A stretch of DNA of 64,000 bases from Candidatus Marinacidobacterium sp. (GTDB lineage: Bacteria; Acidobacteriota; Vicinamibacteria; Marinacidobacterales; Marinacidobacteraceae). Made by a program: the position numbers and the translations under genes. Where the stretch lies: the NCBI GenBank assembly GCA_965204755.1, contig OZ242011.1, positions 3,648,001-3,712,000 on the forward strand, in the 5' to 3' direction. Below are positions 40,593 to 50,247 of the stretch, piece by piece. The number at the start of each line of letters is the position of its first letter. The stretch's first letter is position 1. Under the pieces are notes generated by a model. It had not been told where the DNA came from. It saw nothing but the letters and a program-made list of their open reading frames with translations, and did no database searches.

Positions 40593-41330
40593 TCAGGGTT
40601 GCGAGACGGGAGCGCTCGCCTTGGATCGCCCCTCGGCGGGCGGGGCCGCTTCGGAAGCAGCGGGCGGCCCGTTTTCGGCGCCGGCGGTCGAATCACCGGG
40701 GGAGTCGGCCGGGTCATCGGCAGGGAGGTCGATCGGCCGTGATCGGATCTCGCGCTGGATGGTCGCCCACACGCACCAGACCATGAGTTTCAGGTCCAGC
40801 CAGGGGCTCATCGCGCGGATATAGAGATCGTCGTAGCGCAACTTCCGCCGCGGCGAAGCGTGGTACCCGCCCGCCGCCTGCGCCAACCCGACGATGCCCG
40901 GCCGAACCCGGAGGCGGCGGGAGAAGCCGGGGAGGTCGCGCTCGAACCGCGCCGCGAGTTCCGGGCGTTCCGGGCGCGGGCCGACCAAACTCATCTCGCC
41001 CCGGAGGACGCTCAGCAGTTGGGGCAACTCGTCGAACCTCAGGCGGCGGAGCACGCCGCCCACGCGGGTGATCCGGGGATCGCTCGGGCCGGCCCATACC
41101 GGGCCGGTTCCCGTCTCCGCGTCCACGACCATCGTGCGGAACTTGAGCAGTCGGAACCGTCGGCCGTCCCGGCCGAGTCGGGTCTGCCGGTAGAAGACCG
41201 GGCCGCCGTCCTCCAGCCGAATCAGGAGGGGGATCGCCGTGAGGAGCAGCAGCCAGAGCGGGGCCAGCAGCGTAAGCGCCGATACCACCACGGCCAAGTC
41301 GAAAGGCCGCTTGTAGCGGCCGCGCTCCAC
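40593..41330 (-). CDS. Bacterial sugar transferase (initiating phosphoglycosyl transferase)
   Basis: KRPFD, KFRTM, DPRITRVG, DELPQL and GEMSLVGPRPE. Confidence 0.92.
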   Translation of the reverse strand: MERGRYKRPFDLAVVVSALTLLAPLWLLLLTAIPLLIRLEDGGPVFYRQTRLGRDGRRFRLLKFRTMVVDAETGTGPVWAGPSDPRITRVGGVLRRLRFDELPQLLSVLRGEMSLVGPRPERPELAARFERDLPGFSRRLRVRPGIVGLAQAAGGYHASPRRKLRYDDLYIRAMSPWLDLKLMVWCVWATIQREIRSRPIDLPADDPADSPGDSTAGAENGPPAASEAAPPAEGRSKASAPVSQP

Positions 41331-41408
41331 CGAATCCCCCCGTCCGCAGGCGTCAGCGGAAAAGGCTCAGGGGGGGAATGAAGTCAGTAGTTGGAACTCG
41401 GGGGGCGG

Positions 41409-42719
41409 TCAGCGAGATGGCTGGCCCATGCCGCGGTACTCGAATCCGTAGCCCCGCATCACCTTGGCGTCGAACAGGTTGTGGAGGTCGGCGATGAGGG
41501 GGCGTCGCATGCTCTGCCGAAGCCGCTCGGCGTCCAGCCGGGCGTACTGGTTCCAGGCGGTCCCGATCACGAGGAGGTCCGCGCCGTCGGCGGCGGCGTA
41601 CGGGTCGTCGAAACAGGAGACACCGGGAAGGGAAGGGGCCGTCCCGTTGACCGCCAGCGGATCGTGCGCGCGGACGGTGGCGCCGCGCTTCCGGAGTTCC
41701 TCGATCACGGCGATGGCCGGACTGTCGCCCAGTTCGCTGGTTCCGGGTTTGAACGCGAGCCCCAGGACGGTGACCGTCCGATCCCGGAGGCCGCCGTCGC
41801 AGGCGCTCTCCAGCGCATTCGCGATCCGCCGCGGGCGGGCCCGGTTGCTCTCCAGGGCGGCTTCGACCACCCGGGTCCGGGCGCCGGCCTCGCGCGCCGA
41901 GTGCACGAGCGCGGCGGCGTCCTTGGGAAGGCAGGGGCCGCCGAACCCCGCGCCCGGATGCAGGTGTTCGCTTCCGATCCGCGCGTCCAGTCCCATTCCC
42001 CGGACGACATCGCGCACATCGGCGCCTTCCCGCTCGCACAGGTCCGCGATCTCGTTGGCGAAGGCGACCTTGGTGGCGAGGAATGCATTGGAGGCGTGCT
42101 TGGCCAGTTCGGCGCTCTCCGGGCTGCAGAACACGAAGGAAACCCCCTTGAGGGCCAAGGGCCGGTAGAGCCGGCGAAGGGCATTCCTGGCCCGCTCCGA
42201 GTCCGCGCCGACGACGACGCGGTCCGGATCCAGGAAGTCGGCGACTCCTTCGCCGGCGCGCAGGAACTCCGGGTTCGCGACGACTTCGACGCGGGCCTGC
42301 GGACGGACCGCCTTGAGGTGTTCCCGGACCCGGCGCGCCGTACCGATCGGAACGGTGGACTTCACCACGAGGAGCGCGCCGCGGTCGAACCAGGGGGCGG
42401 CGCTCTCGATCGCGCTGAAGAGGCGCGACAGGTCCGCGCCGCGCTCCCGCTCCCCGGCCGGCGTGTTCACGCAGAAGAAGACGATCCGGGCGCCGGAAAC
42501 GACGGTCTCGGGGTCCGTGGAGAACGAGAGCCGCCGGCTCTCGATGCCGCGCAGGATGAGGTCGGGGAGACCCCTCTCGTCCACCGGGCATTCACCCGCG
42601 TTCAGCCGTTCCACCTTCTCCCGGTCTATGTCCAGCGAGCGGACCTCGAAGCCCCATTCGGCGAGACAGGCGCCGGCGGTGAGGCCGACCCGGCCGGAAC
42701 CGATGATCGCGACTCTCAC
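41409..42719 (-). CDS. ugd: UDP-glucose/GDP-mannose dehydrogenase
   Basis: GSGRVG, KSTVPIG, NPEFLRAG, KHASNAFLA and GFGGPCLPKD. Confidence 0.9.
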   Translation of the reverse strand: MRVAIIGSGRVGLTAGACLAEWGFEVRSLDIDREKVERLNAGECPVDERGLPDLILRGIESRRLSFSTDPETVVSGARIVFFCVNTPAGERERGADLSRLFSAIESAAPWFDRGALLVVKSTVPIGTARRVREHLKAVRPQARVEVVANPEFLRAGEGVADFLDPDRVVVGADSERARNALRRLYRPLALKGVSFVFCSPESAELAKHASNAFLATKVAFANEIADLCEREGADVRDVVRGMGLDARIGSEHLHPGAGFGGPCLPKDAAALVHSAREAGARTRVVEAALESNRARPRRIANALESACDGGLRDRTVTVLGLAFKPGTSELGDSPAIAVIEELRKRGATVRAHDPLAVNGTAPSLPGVSCFDDPYAAADGADLLVIGTAWNQYARLDAERLRQSMRRPLIADLHNLFDAKVMRGYGFEYRGMGQPSR

Positions 42720-42848
42720 GCGGATTCCTCCCGCCGCGGATCGGCGTTCACCGGACGAAGGCCCGAGGTGGCGGTGGATCGGTTGCGACGGCCGGGACGC
42801 CCGCGATCACGGGAGCGATCTTCCGAATCTCCGGTGTGAGCGGGCTGT

Positions 42849-42880
<32 letters not shown>

Positions 42881-43274
42881 CGGAGCGCCCCCGGAAACCC
42901 GGCCCGGCCGGCCCGGCGTCGTTTCCGGACGCCTTCGAATCGGATTCGGTCAACGGCGTCGAGAGGAGACGGGGGCGGCGATGCAGGGAAACGAAGGTCA
43001 GTTCGCTCCGCCCCGAGCGAGGTGACCCGGAAAGCGGGGACGGCGTCCCGGATCGCTCTCCGGCGACCGTCGAACGCACCGAGCGGATGATATCAGCCGA
43101 GGCGCCGACCCCGGGAAGCCCCGCGCCGCCCGCCTCGACAGTCCGGTCGGCTCGGCGGGTTCCACTCGGCGGCCCGCGGGAGCGGGCGGCGGTCGGTTAC
43201 CGGGCCGGACCGGCGGGAGCCGGAGGGAGGACGGGTTCGTCCGGCAGGGAAGTACCGTACCGTCCGAGTGGGCG

Positions 43275-44729
43275 ATGGCCGCCGCCGGAGTGGACAGAAG
43301 GGAGGGGGCGGCCGACGGCATCGGGCTCGGCGAAGAACGCTCCGGCCCGGGAGCGGGGAGGCCGGCCGCCGGTGAACTCCGACCGCGGCCGGCGGCGGCC
43401 GCGCGGGCCGCCGGCAGCGGCGGGCGTGAAACGCTGGGTCTTCTCTCCACTTGGGGAGGCGTCCATGTCCTGCGGCTCGCCACCCAGAGCGTGCTCGCCT
43501 GGTCGCTGCTGCCGGCCGGCAGGGGGGAGTACGCGGTTGCGGTGCTCTTCGCGACGCTCGCCGGAGTCGTCTCGACCCTGAGCGTCGACCGGGGCGCGCA
43601 ATATTTCTCCATGGCCGGTCGGATCGGCCTCTCCCGGTGTCTCGGAGCCGGGTTCGTCGTCTGCCTGGTCGGGGGCGCGGCGGCCGCCGGCGGCGCGCTC
43701 GCCCTGATCGGCAGCGGGCTTTCCCTCTTCGATCGGGCCGAGCCGGCGGCGGTCCGCCTGGCGCTGCTGCTCGCGGTGCTCGTTCCGCTGGCGGCGGTGA
43801 CCGAACGGCAACTTGCCGGAATGAGGGAGTTCCGCGCGGTTTCCTTCCTGCTTCTCGCCCGTCCGGCGACCGTGCTCGCGACGATCCTCATCCTCATCGG
43901 AGGGTTGGGGTTGGGCGTTTCCGGCGCGGTCCTCGCGCTGGTGGCGGGGAACCTGGTGTTCGTCTGCGTCGGCGCGCTGGAACTCCGCCGCCGGGCCCGC
44001 GCCACATTCGCGCTGCCGTCCTCTCGCGAGTTGTCGCGGATCCTGGGGTACGGCCTCAGGTCGCACGCGGCCCGCATCGGAGAGGCGCTCACCCCGCGGC
44101 TCGGCGTGCTCGCGTTGGGCGCCTTGGCCGCCGACCCGGACGAGATCGGTTGGTTCGCCGTGGCGAGCGCCGTCATGATGCCGATCTCGCTGCTCGGGAC
44201 CACCGCGGCGACGGCGCTGATCCCGCGGGTGGTGGGGCGGGAGGTGAAACGCGCGGAGACGGTCGGCGTCTTGGTCCGGATCGTCTGCTTCGTGACTGCC
44301 GGCGCGGCGGCGGTCTTCTTCACGGTCGCCGAACCGGTCGTGGGGGTGCTGTTTTCGGAGGCGTTCCTTCCGGCGGTCCCGCTGATGTGGCTGATGGCGC
44401 CCGGAATCGTGGCGTACGCCGGCGTCGAGGTGTTCGGCGCCTGGTTCGCGGGAGTGGAGCGGCCGGAGGCGGCCTCGTGGGCGACCGGGGTAGGCATCGC
44501 CGTCCATGTCGCGGCTGTCGTCGTTCTGGTCCCGCCGTTCGGCGTGGCCGGCGTCGCCGCCGCGCTGAGTCTGGACTTCCTGGCCCGGCTGGCGTTCGTG
44601 GGGCTCCGTTTCCGCCGGACGGCGGACTTGCCCCTTCGCGCGGTGTGGACGCCGCGCCGGGGAGACGCGGCTTACCTCCGGTCGGTGCTCCGGTCGGCGC
44701 TCACGCGGCGCGGCGGCGCCGGCCCGTGA
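43275..44729 (+). CDS. Oligosaccharide flippase (Wzx/MOP family)
   Basis: About 12 hydrophobic segments; LLPAGRGEYAVA, IGWFAVA and LFSEAFLPAV patterns. Start is uncertain. Confidence 0.8.
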   Translation: MAAAGVDRREGAADGIGLGEERSGPGAGRPAAGELRPRPAAAARAAGSGGRETLGLLSTWGGVHVLRLATQSVLAWSLLPAGRGEYAVAVLFATLAGVVSTLSVDRGAQYFSMAGRIGLSRCLGAGFVVCLVGGAAAAGGALALIGSGLSLFDRAEPAAVRLALLLAVLVPLAAVTERQLAGMREFRAVSFLLLARPATVLATILILIGGLGLGVSGAVLALVAGNLVFVCVGALELRRRARATFALPSSRELSRILGYGLRSHAARIGEALTPRLGVLALGALAADPDEIGWFAVASAVMMPISLLGTTAATALIPRVVGREVKRAETVGVLVRIVCFVTAGAAAVFFTVAEPVVGVLFSEAFLPAVPLMWLMAPGIVAYAGVEVFGAWFAGVERPEAASWATGVGIAVHVAAVVVLVPPFGVAGVAAALSLDFLARLAFVGLRFRRTADLPLRAVWTPRRGDAAYLRSVLRSALTRRGGAGP

Positions 44730-44839
44730 GCCGTTCTGCTCGGGCCGGCGCCGGTCGGACCCCCGGGATGGGCGTCGGACCTGCCGGGTCTGCGATTTCG
44801 TGGGCCGGCCGGCTCAAGCGCCCGGCTCAGGCGCCCCGC

Positions 44840-46297
44840 TCATGCACCCCGTTGGGCGGCGGCTGCTCCGTTTTCTTCCCGGTGGCGGGATTCGAGCCCC
44901 AGCACGGCGCCGGCGGCTGCCCACCAGAGCGCCGTCAAATGGAACGAGCCGATCAGGACGGAGCCCTCGAGGAACGAGGCCATTACGCCGAGACCCAGGA
45001 TGAGGACGAGAACGAGCGAGAGGTCGGCGCCCGCGGTCTGGCGCAGGCGCCACCAGCGGCCGAAGGCCGCCGCGAGGATGGTGAACACGATCGCCAGGAA
45101 GAGCAGCGGCGCGAGGAGCCCGGCGTAGAGCGCCCACCGGAGCCACAGGTTGTGTACTTCGACGGTGCGTCCCAGATAGCCGCTCATCAGGATCTGGCGC
45201 CAACCGTGGCCCGTCACCGGACGGCGGAGGATGGCGGCCACGGCCGCGCTGAAGTGCTCCATCCGCCGGGCGCTGACCACATTCAGCACGCTCCCGCCGC
45301 TTCCCCGTCCGGCTTCCTCCAGCGAACGGTTGTACTCCTGAAGGCGGGTCGCGCGCTGGCGGGCGGCCCGTCGTTCGCGGGGGTCGACCGGGTCCCCCGG
45401 CGCCGCTTCCGACGGTTCGTCGAGGTCGCTCACCTCGGCCATCATGCCGGCCGGCACCGGCAGACTCAGATGCCGGAAACAGGTGGCGTCGAGCGCCGTG
45501 ACCCCGACCAACAGACCCCCCCCGACCAGCAGGGCGGCGACGAGTCGGGAGGGGCGGGCGGCGATCACGGCGAAAGTCAAGACCGTGACTCCGGACATCA
45601 GGAGCCCGGCTCGTCCCGCGGAGACGAACTGGCTGCCGAGAATGAGCGCCGCGCCGGCTGCGGTGGCGGCCGTTGCCGTCCACTTCGGCCACTCGCGCGG
45701 CGGCGCCGCCCCGGCGAAGAGGATGGCCATCGGCAGGTAGATGGCGATGCCGATGGACCAGCCGGTGCTCTGCGCGCCGAAGCCCTCCTGCGCGTCCATC
45801 GCCCACAACCGGTCACAGGGAGCGCTCCAGTCGGGAATCGCGACCAGCGCCCGCACGAGGGCGATACCGCTCAGCCCGGCGACGACGAGCCCGGCCCGTT
45901 TGAGGACCGAACCGAGGTCCACCCCCCGGCGAGCGAGGTCGAAAAAGCACCAGAGGAACAGCGCGCTGGCGCCGATGTCCACCAGGAAGCCGACGACATC
46001 CGCCGCCGTCAGCGCCCTCACGAGTCCCGGGGCCGAAAGGAGGACCAGACCGACGAATCCCCACGGCCCGACCAGGCCGCGGGGGATGCGCAGCCGGCCC
46101 TCGGCGAGCGCCGGCAGGAGGACCAGCCCGACCGCGACCACCCAGGCCGCCATCTTGAGCGCCCCGAAGGGGGCGCGCCCGAGGCCCGGCAGCCAATAGG
46201 CGACCGCAAGACCGAGGTACAGGCTGAACAGCCAGGAGACGAAACGATCGAGTTCGGGGCCTCCCCGGGGCAGGACGCGTCGGAGGGCTTCGATCAT
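44840..46297 (-). CDS. O-antigen ligase/polymerase (Wzy_C) family membrane protein
   Basis: Many TM segments; SAGRAGLL, RPVTGHGW and EVHNLWL motifs. Confidence 0.8.
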   Translation of the reverse strand: MIEALRRVLPRGGPELDRFVSWLFSLYLGLAVAYWLPGLGRAPFGALKMAAWVVAVGLVLLPALAEGRLRIPRGLVGPWGFVGLVLLSAPGLVRALTAADVVGFLVDIGASALFLWCFFDLARRGVDLGSVLKRAGLVVAGLSGIALVRALVAIPDWSAPCDRLWAMDAQEGFGAQSTGWSIGIAIYLPMAILFAGAAPPREWPKWTATAATAAGAALILGSQFVSAGRAGLLMSGVTVLTFAVIAARPSRLVAALLVGGGLLVGVTALDATCFRHLSLPVPAGMMAEVSDLDEPSEAAPGDPVDPRERRAARQRATRLQEYNRSLEEAGRGSGGSVLNVVSARRMEHFSAAVAAILRRPVTGHGWRQILMSGYLGRTVEVHNLWLRWALYAGLLAPLLFLAIVFTILAAAFGRWWRLRQTAGADLSLVLVLILGLGVMASFLEGSVLIGSFHLTALWWAAAGAVLGLESRHREENGAAAAQRGA

Positions 46298-46362
46298 CGG
46301 TTCACCGGCGCCGACGCTTGAGCCGCCGCCGCGGGCCCGCGGTCTGCCGCCGGATTACCCGG

Positions 46363-46484
46363 CTCGACACGGGATTCCCGACACCGCTCCCGACCCCGGT
46401 TGGGGGGGGGGGGGGGGGGGGGGGCGTAAGGACTCTCGACAGGACTTCCCGACAGGATTTCGGCTTCTCGACAGGGACTGTCGA
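46363..46484. promoter_or_regulatory. Poly-G tract (23 G, 46402-46424) flanked by repeated CYCGAC(A) boxes
   Basis: Boxes at 46363, 46377, 46389, 46435, 46448 and 46467, plus an inverted tgtcga at 46479, in a divergent intergenic region. The regulatory role is inferred. Confidence 0.5.
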
Positions 46485-46895
46485 TTGCGCCGCCGGAGCC
46501 ACGGTCAGCGATATTCGAGGCGGGCGAGATGGAGTAATCGAAGTGGCGAGGCTCCCGGCGCTCCGGAGAGCCGGATGAGCGGCGGCAATGGTACTACTCC
46601 GCGAGGGCCCGTCGTGGCGGGCGGCCGGGGCGCCGAGTCCTCGACGACATCGCCCGACGGCAAGCGGCGCGCCGGACGGGGCCTCGCCGGTTCGCCGCTC
46701 TGGCGGAGGCCGGTACTCGTCCCGCGCGAAGTCGCGTCGGGTGGACGCCGGCGGATTCGCCGCCGTTGCTCGAACGGCGCTTGGCGGGCTGGGGGACATC
46801 CGGGAGGCGGCGAACGGAACCGGGCGTGGCGAGTCGCTCTCCGGGCCGCGGGGCCGGAGCGGCGCATTCCCCGCGTTTCCGGTAGAGTCAAGCCG

Positions 46896-48056
46896 ATGAA
46901 GCGGCGAGCATCCGGTCCCGCGGGCGGCAGGCCGATCGGGCCTTCCGTCGTCGAGGTCGGGCCGGCCGAAGGCCGGGTCCGGCGCCGGGCGGGGCGGCGC
47001 CGCCCCTCGTTCGCCGCTGCCGTCACCGGGTGCGGCCCGGTTGCCTTCGTCGTCGCCCTCGTTGTCGCCTTCGCTCCGGCCCCCGGCGGCGCTTACCGGT
47101 TCGGGTACCCCGGTTCCGCGGCGTGGAGCCCGGAGAACTCCATCCGCTGGAACGCTTCCGCCTGGCCCGTTCGATTTCGACTGCTGGAGAACGAGAACCT
47201 GGCGCGGCAGGAAGTGTTCGCCGACTCCACCGCCTGGCGGGAGTTCGTCACCGCGGCCTTGGACCAGTGGAACGCCGTTCCGACCTCGGAGGCGGTAGTC
47301 GAATTGGCAGATGAAGCGGCGGCGCAGGACGCTGCGGTGGACGAAGACGGGGTCAACACGATCGGGTTCTCCTCGGTGTTCGAGGACGAAGGCATCCTCG
47401 CCGCGGGATTCGCCTCCTGGGACTATGCGAACGAGGGAGAACTCCGGAGTTGCGATGTGGAGTTGAACCCCGAAGTCGCGCAGCGGGGCACGGCCGAGGA
47501 GCGGCTCGACCGGCTCACCGCGCTCGTCCTGCACGAGGTCGGACATTGCCTGGGGCTGCTCCATACGGTGGTCATGCCCATGCCCTACTACCGGACGCTG
47601 TCCGAAGTCGATCTGACCGGGTTCTACCCGGACCCGACGATGTCCTACGGAAGGGACGGGCCGTTCCTGATGCGGGACGACATGGTGGGCGTCTCGCTGC
47701 TCTACCCGGCGCCCGGGTTTCGCGCGGCGACGGCTTCCTTCTCCGGAACCGTGGTCTTCGACGACGGAACCGCGGCTCGGCACGCCTATGTCCAAGCCGT
47801 GGAGATCTCGGAAGAGGGCGCTCGCGCCGGCCCCGGGGCGTTCGCCGACGGAGAGGGTCGATTCCTCCTGGAGGGCGTGCGTCCGGGGTCGGTGATGCTC
47901 TGGGTGCATCCGATGCTCATTCTCGGCGCCCACCATTTTCCGGGTGAGTGGGCGCTCTCCTTCCAGGACCAGTGGCTTTGGGCCGACGCCCGGGCCGGCG
48001 CCACGGAGGAACTCCCGGAAATCCGCGTGTTCCGGGGGCGAGGCTCGGCGAGGTGA
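46896..48056 (+). CDS. Matrixin (M10A-like) metalloprotease with C-terminal carboxypeptidase-regulatory-like domain
   Basis: ALDQWNAV, DGVNTI, HEVGHCLGLLH, Met-turn PTMSY and FADGEGRFLLEGV. Start is uncertain. Confidence 0.85.
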   Translation: MKRRASGPAGGRPIGPSVVEVGPAEGRVRRRAGRRRPSFAAAVTGCGPVAFVVALVVAFAPAPGGAYRFGYPGSAAWSPENSIRWNASAWPVRFRLLENENLARQEVFADSTAWREFVTAALDQWNAVPTSEAVVELADEAAAQDAAVDEDGVNTIGFSSVFEDEGILAAGFASWDYANEGELRSCDVELNPEVAQRGTAEERLDRLTALVLHEVGHCLGLLHTVVMPMPYYRTLSEVDLTGFYPDPTMSYGRDGPFLMRDDMVGVSLLYPAPGFRAATASFSGTVVFDDGTAARHAYVQAVEISEEGARAGPGAFADGEGRFLLEGVRPGSVMLWVHPMLILGAHHFPGEWALSFQDQWLWADARAGATEELPEIRVFRGRGSAR

Positions 48057-48523
48057 CTCCGTTTCGCGGGACGCGTGCGGGCGCCCTCCCGCTGCTCGGC
48101 CTCCTCGCTGCCTTGGCGGCCGCCTCCGGGGCGGCGGCGGCAGCGGAGCCGGCGGATGACGGCGCCCCGGCGGGCGGCGGGCAGGACGCCGCCTGCGACT
48201 TCCGGTTCGTGGCCCAGCCGACCCACGAGGGGTATCTCGACGAGCGGCGGAGGATGTCCCGGGTCCGGCTGACCCTCTGGTACGCGGACCCCGGAACCTC
48301 GGTGAGCCTCGTTCGGCCCTACTACGGCAGCGCCCACAGCGATGTGAACACCTTGCCCCGTCCGCTGGCCTTCCTCTCCGACTTTTCCTCGGCCCGATCG
48401 GGCGCGGAGGGGCGGCTGCAGCGGTTCTCCATCTCCTTCCTCGGGGAACTCGAACTCGCCATCCGCTCTCCGGGGTGCCTTCCCGTCCCGCTTCGTTGCG
48501 ACGAAACGACCTGTTCGGGATGA
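48053..48523 (+). CDS. Small secreted four-Cys protein (partner 1)
   Basis: Signal peptide; C...PTHEG...IRSPGCLPVPLRCDETTC; coupled to both neighbours. Confidence 0.7.
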   Translation: MTPFRGTRAGALPLLGLLAALAAASGAAAAAEPADDGAPAGGGQDAACDFRFVAQPTHEGYLDERRRMSRVRLTLWYADPGTSVSLVRPYYGSAHSDVNTLPRPLAFLSDFSSARSGAEGRLQRFSISFLGELELAIRSPGCLPVPLRCDETTCSG

Positions 48524-49581
48524 ACCGCGCTTTCGTCGCCGGACGGTCCGCGCGGCCGCTCGCCCGGGTGCTCGGGGGGGCGCTCGCCGGCTCGCTGCTC
48601 GCGGCGTCGGCGGGGAGTTATTCCTTCCGGGACTCGGACTACCGGGTCGTCGGGCCGGAATCGGCGCCGAAGTGGGGGCCGGAGGATCGGACGCTCCGCT
48701 TCCGGCTCCTCGAGAACGAGAGCGGCCGGGACTTCCCGGTCGGCGGCGGGACTTGGCAGGAGGCGGCCGCCTCCGCGATCGAGGCCTGGAACGCCGTGGA
48801 CACTTCGGGAATCCGGCTGCTCCTCGAAGACGCAGTGGTCGAGCGGGACTGGGGATCGGGCGGGGACGGCGTGAACACCATCGGGGTCTCCAGTTACCCG
48901 CCGCTCGCCGCGAGTTTCTGGCCGTACGCGATCAACTCGGCGAACATCGAGGACGGGGTCATCACCGGCTGTGACATCGAAGTGAACGCGGAGGCGCCGG
49001 CGGTGCTGAGCGAGGGCCGCCGGTTCTCGTTCTCCTGGCTGGAGGCCCAGATCCTCCACCAACTGGGACACTGCCTGGGGCTCGCGCACTCCGAGCCCTT
49101 CCCGGAGTCCGTCCGCAACCTCCCCGAAATCGAGGGGGAAGGCGACGGGCCGGTCTTCCAACCTGATCCCGTCATGTCCGAGGGCTACATCCGCACCCTC
49201 ACCGCGGACGACATCGCCGGGGTCTCGGCGCTCTACCCCGCCCCGGGCTTCGCCGCTTCGCGCGGCGCCGTACGGGGGGAACTCGCGTTCGAGTACGGCG
49301 GTCCGGCGGCCCACGCCTATGTCCAGACCCTGGTGGTGGAAGACGGCGAGGCGGCGCCCGGCCCCGGAGCGTTCACCGACGCCGAGGGCCGGTTCCTGGT
49401 CGAGGGGCTGCTTCCCGGGCCGGTGATGTTGGTCATCCATCCGATCTTGCTCCGTTTCTCCCACGAGTTCCGCTCCCGGAACTATGTGCTCGACCAGTGG
49501 CGTTTCGTCGAGGTCAGCGCCGGAGCGGTGAGCGAGAGCGAAGGGGCGCCGATCCGGGCGGGCGCGAGGTTCGCGCCGTGA
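48520..49581 (+). CDS. Matrixin-like paralog with catalytic Glu replaced by Gln
   Basis: FRLLENE, AWNAV, DGVNTIG, HQLGHCLGLAH, PVMSE and LYPAPGF; colinear with 46896..48056. Confidence 0.82.
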   Translation: MNRAFVAGRSARPLARVLGGALAGSLLAASAGSYSFRDSDYRVVGPESAPKWGPEDRTLRFRLLENESGRDFPVGGGTWQEAAASAIEAWNAVDTSGIRLLLEDAVVERDWGSGGDGVNTIGVSSYPPLAASFWPYAINSANIEDGVITGCDIEVNAEAPAVLSEGRRFSFSWLEAQILHQLGHCLGLAHSEPFPESVRNLPEIEGEGDGPVFQPDPVMSEGYIRTLTADDIAGVSALYPAPGFAASRGAVRGELAFEYGGPAAHAYVQTLVVEDGEAAPGPGAFTDAEGRFLVEGLLPGPVMLVIHPILLRFSHEFRSRNYVLDQWRFVEVSAGAVSESEGAPIRAGARFAP

Positions 49582-50177
49582 CGCGCGGACTCCGCCCTCC
49601 GCCGGAGAGGGCGGACGGCCCGCCCGTCGCCGGCGGACGAGGGGCTTTCCTCGCTGCCGGACAGCCCGGTCGGAGCGGTCGGCGGCGCGGAGGGGGGCCG
49701 ATCCCTCCACTGCTGGGAGCGCTTTGTCTCGGCTGGCTCGCCGCGGGATGCGGCGGCGGCGATTCGTCCGCCCCGGTGACTCCTCGACCGGCGCCCGCTC
49801 CGCCGTCCCCGCCGCCGGAACCCGTTCCGCCCGCCCCGAACTGCGGGGGCATCGAGGTGGAGACGACGCACGAAGGCGTGCGCCGGGAGGAGTACGAGTC
49901 GCTCGGCGCCTCCTTGACCATCCGCGGGCCGAACCCGGAGACCGCCGTGGATGTGGCCTGGCCCTACCGCGACGGGGGGCGGTATCCGCCCCCGAGTTGG
50001 GCCTTCGTGGAGGCCTTCGAGTTCCGCCGCGTCGAGGCCGGGATCGAGCGGACGCTGAAGGTCGAGTGGATCGGCAGCCTCCAACTCGACATCCGGGCGC
50101 CGGACTGCCCGCCCCTGCGGGTGGAATGCGGCGCCGACGACTGCGTCGTCGATCCGGAGGAAGAGACCTCGCCGTAG
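49578..50177 (+). CDS. Small four-Cys lipoprotein (partner 2)
   Basis: Lipobox LAAGC, Pro linker, then C...TTHEG...IRAPDCPPLRVECGADDC; homologous to 48053..48523. Confidence 0.72.
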   Translation: MTRGLRPPPERADGPPVAGGRGAFLAAGQPGRSGRRRGGGPIPPLLGALCLGWLAAGCGGGDSSAPVTPRPAPAPPSPPPEPVPPAPNCGGIEVETTHEGVRREEYESLGASLTIRGPNPETAVDVAWPYRDGGRYPPPSWAFVEAFEFRRVEAGIERTLKVEWIGSLQLDIRAPDCPPLRVECGADDCVVDPEEETSP

Positions 50178-50247
50178 GTGAGGTCCCGACCGGTCGGGCG
50201 GCGCGCGCGTCCGCCCGGCGGCGGTTCGGCGGCCTCGCCAGCCGGGG

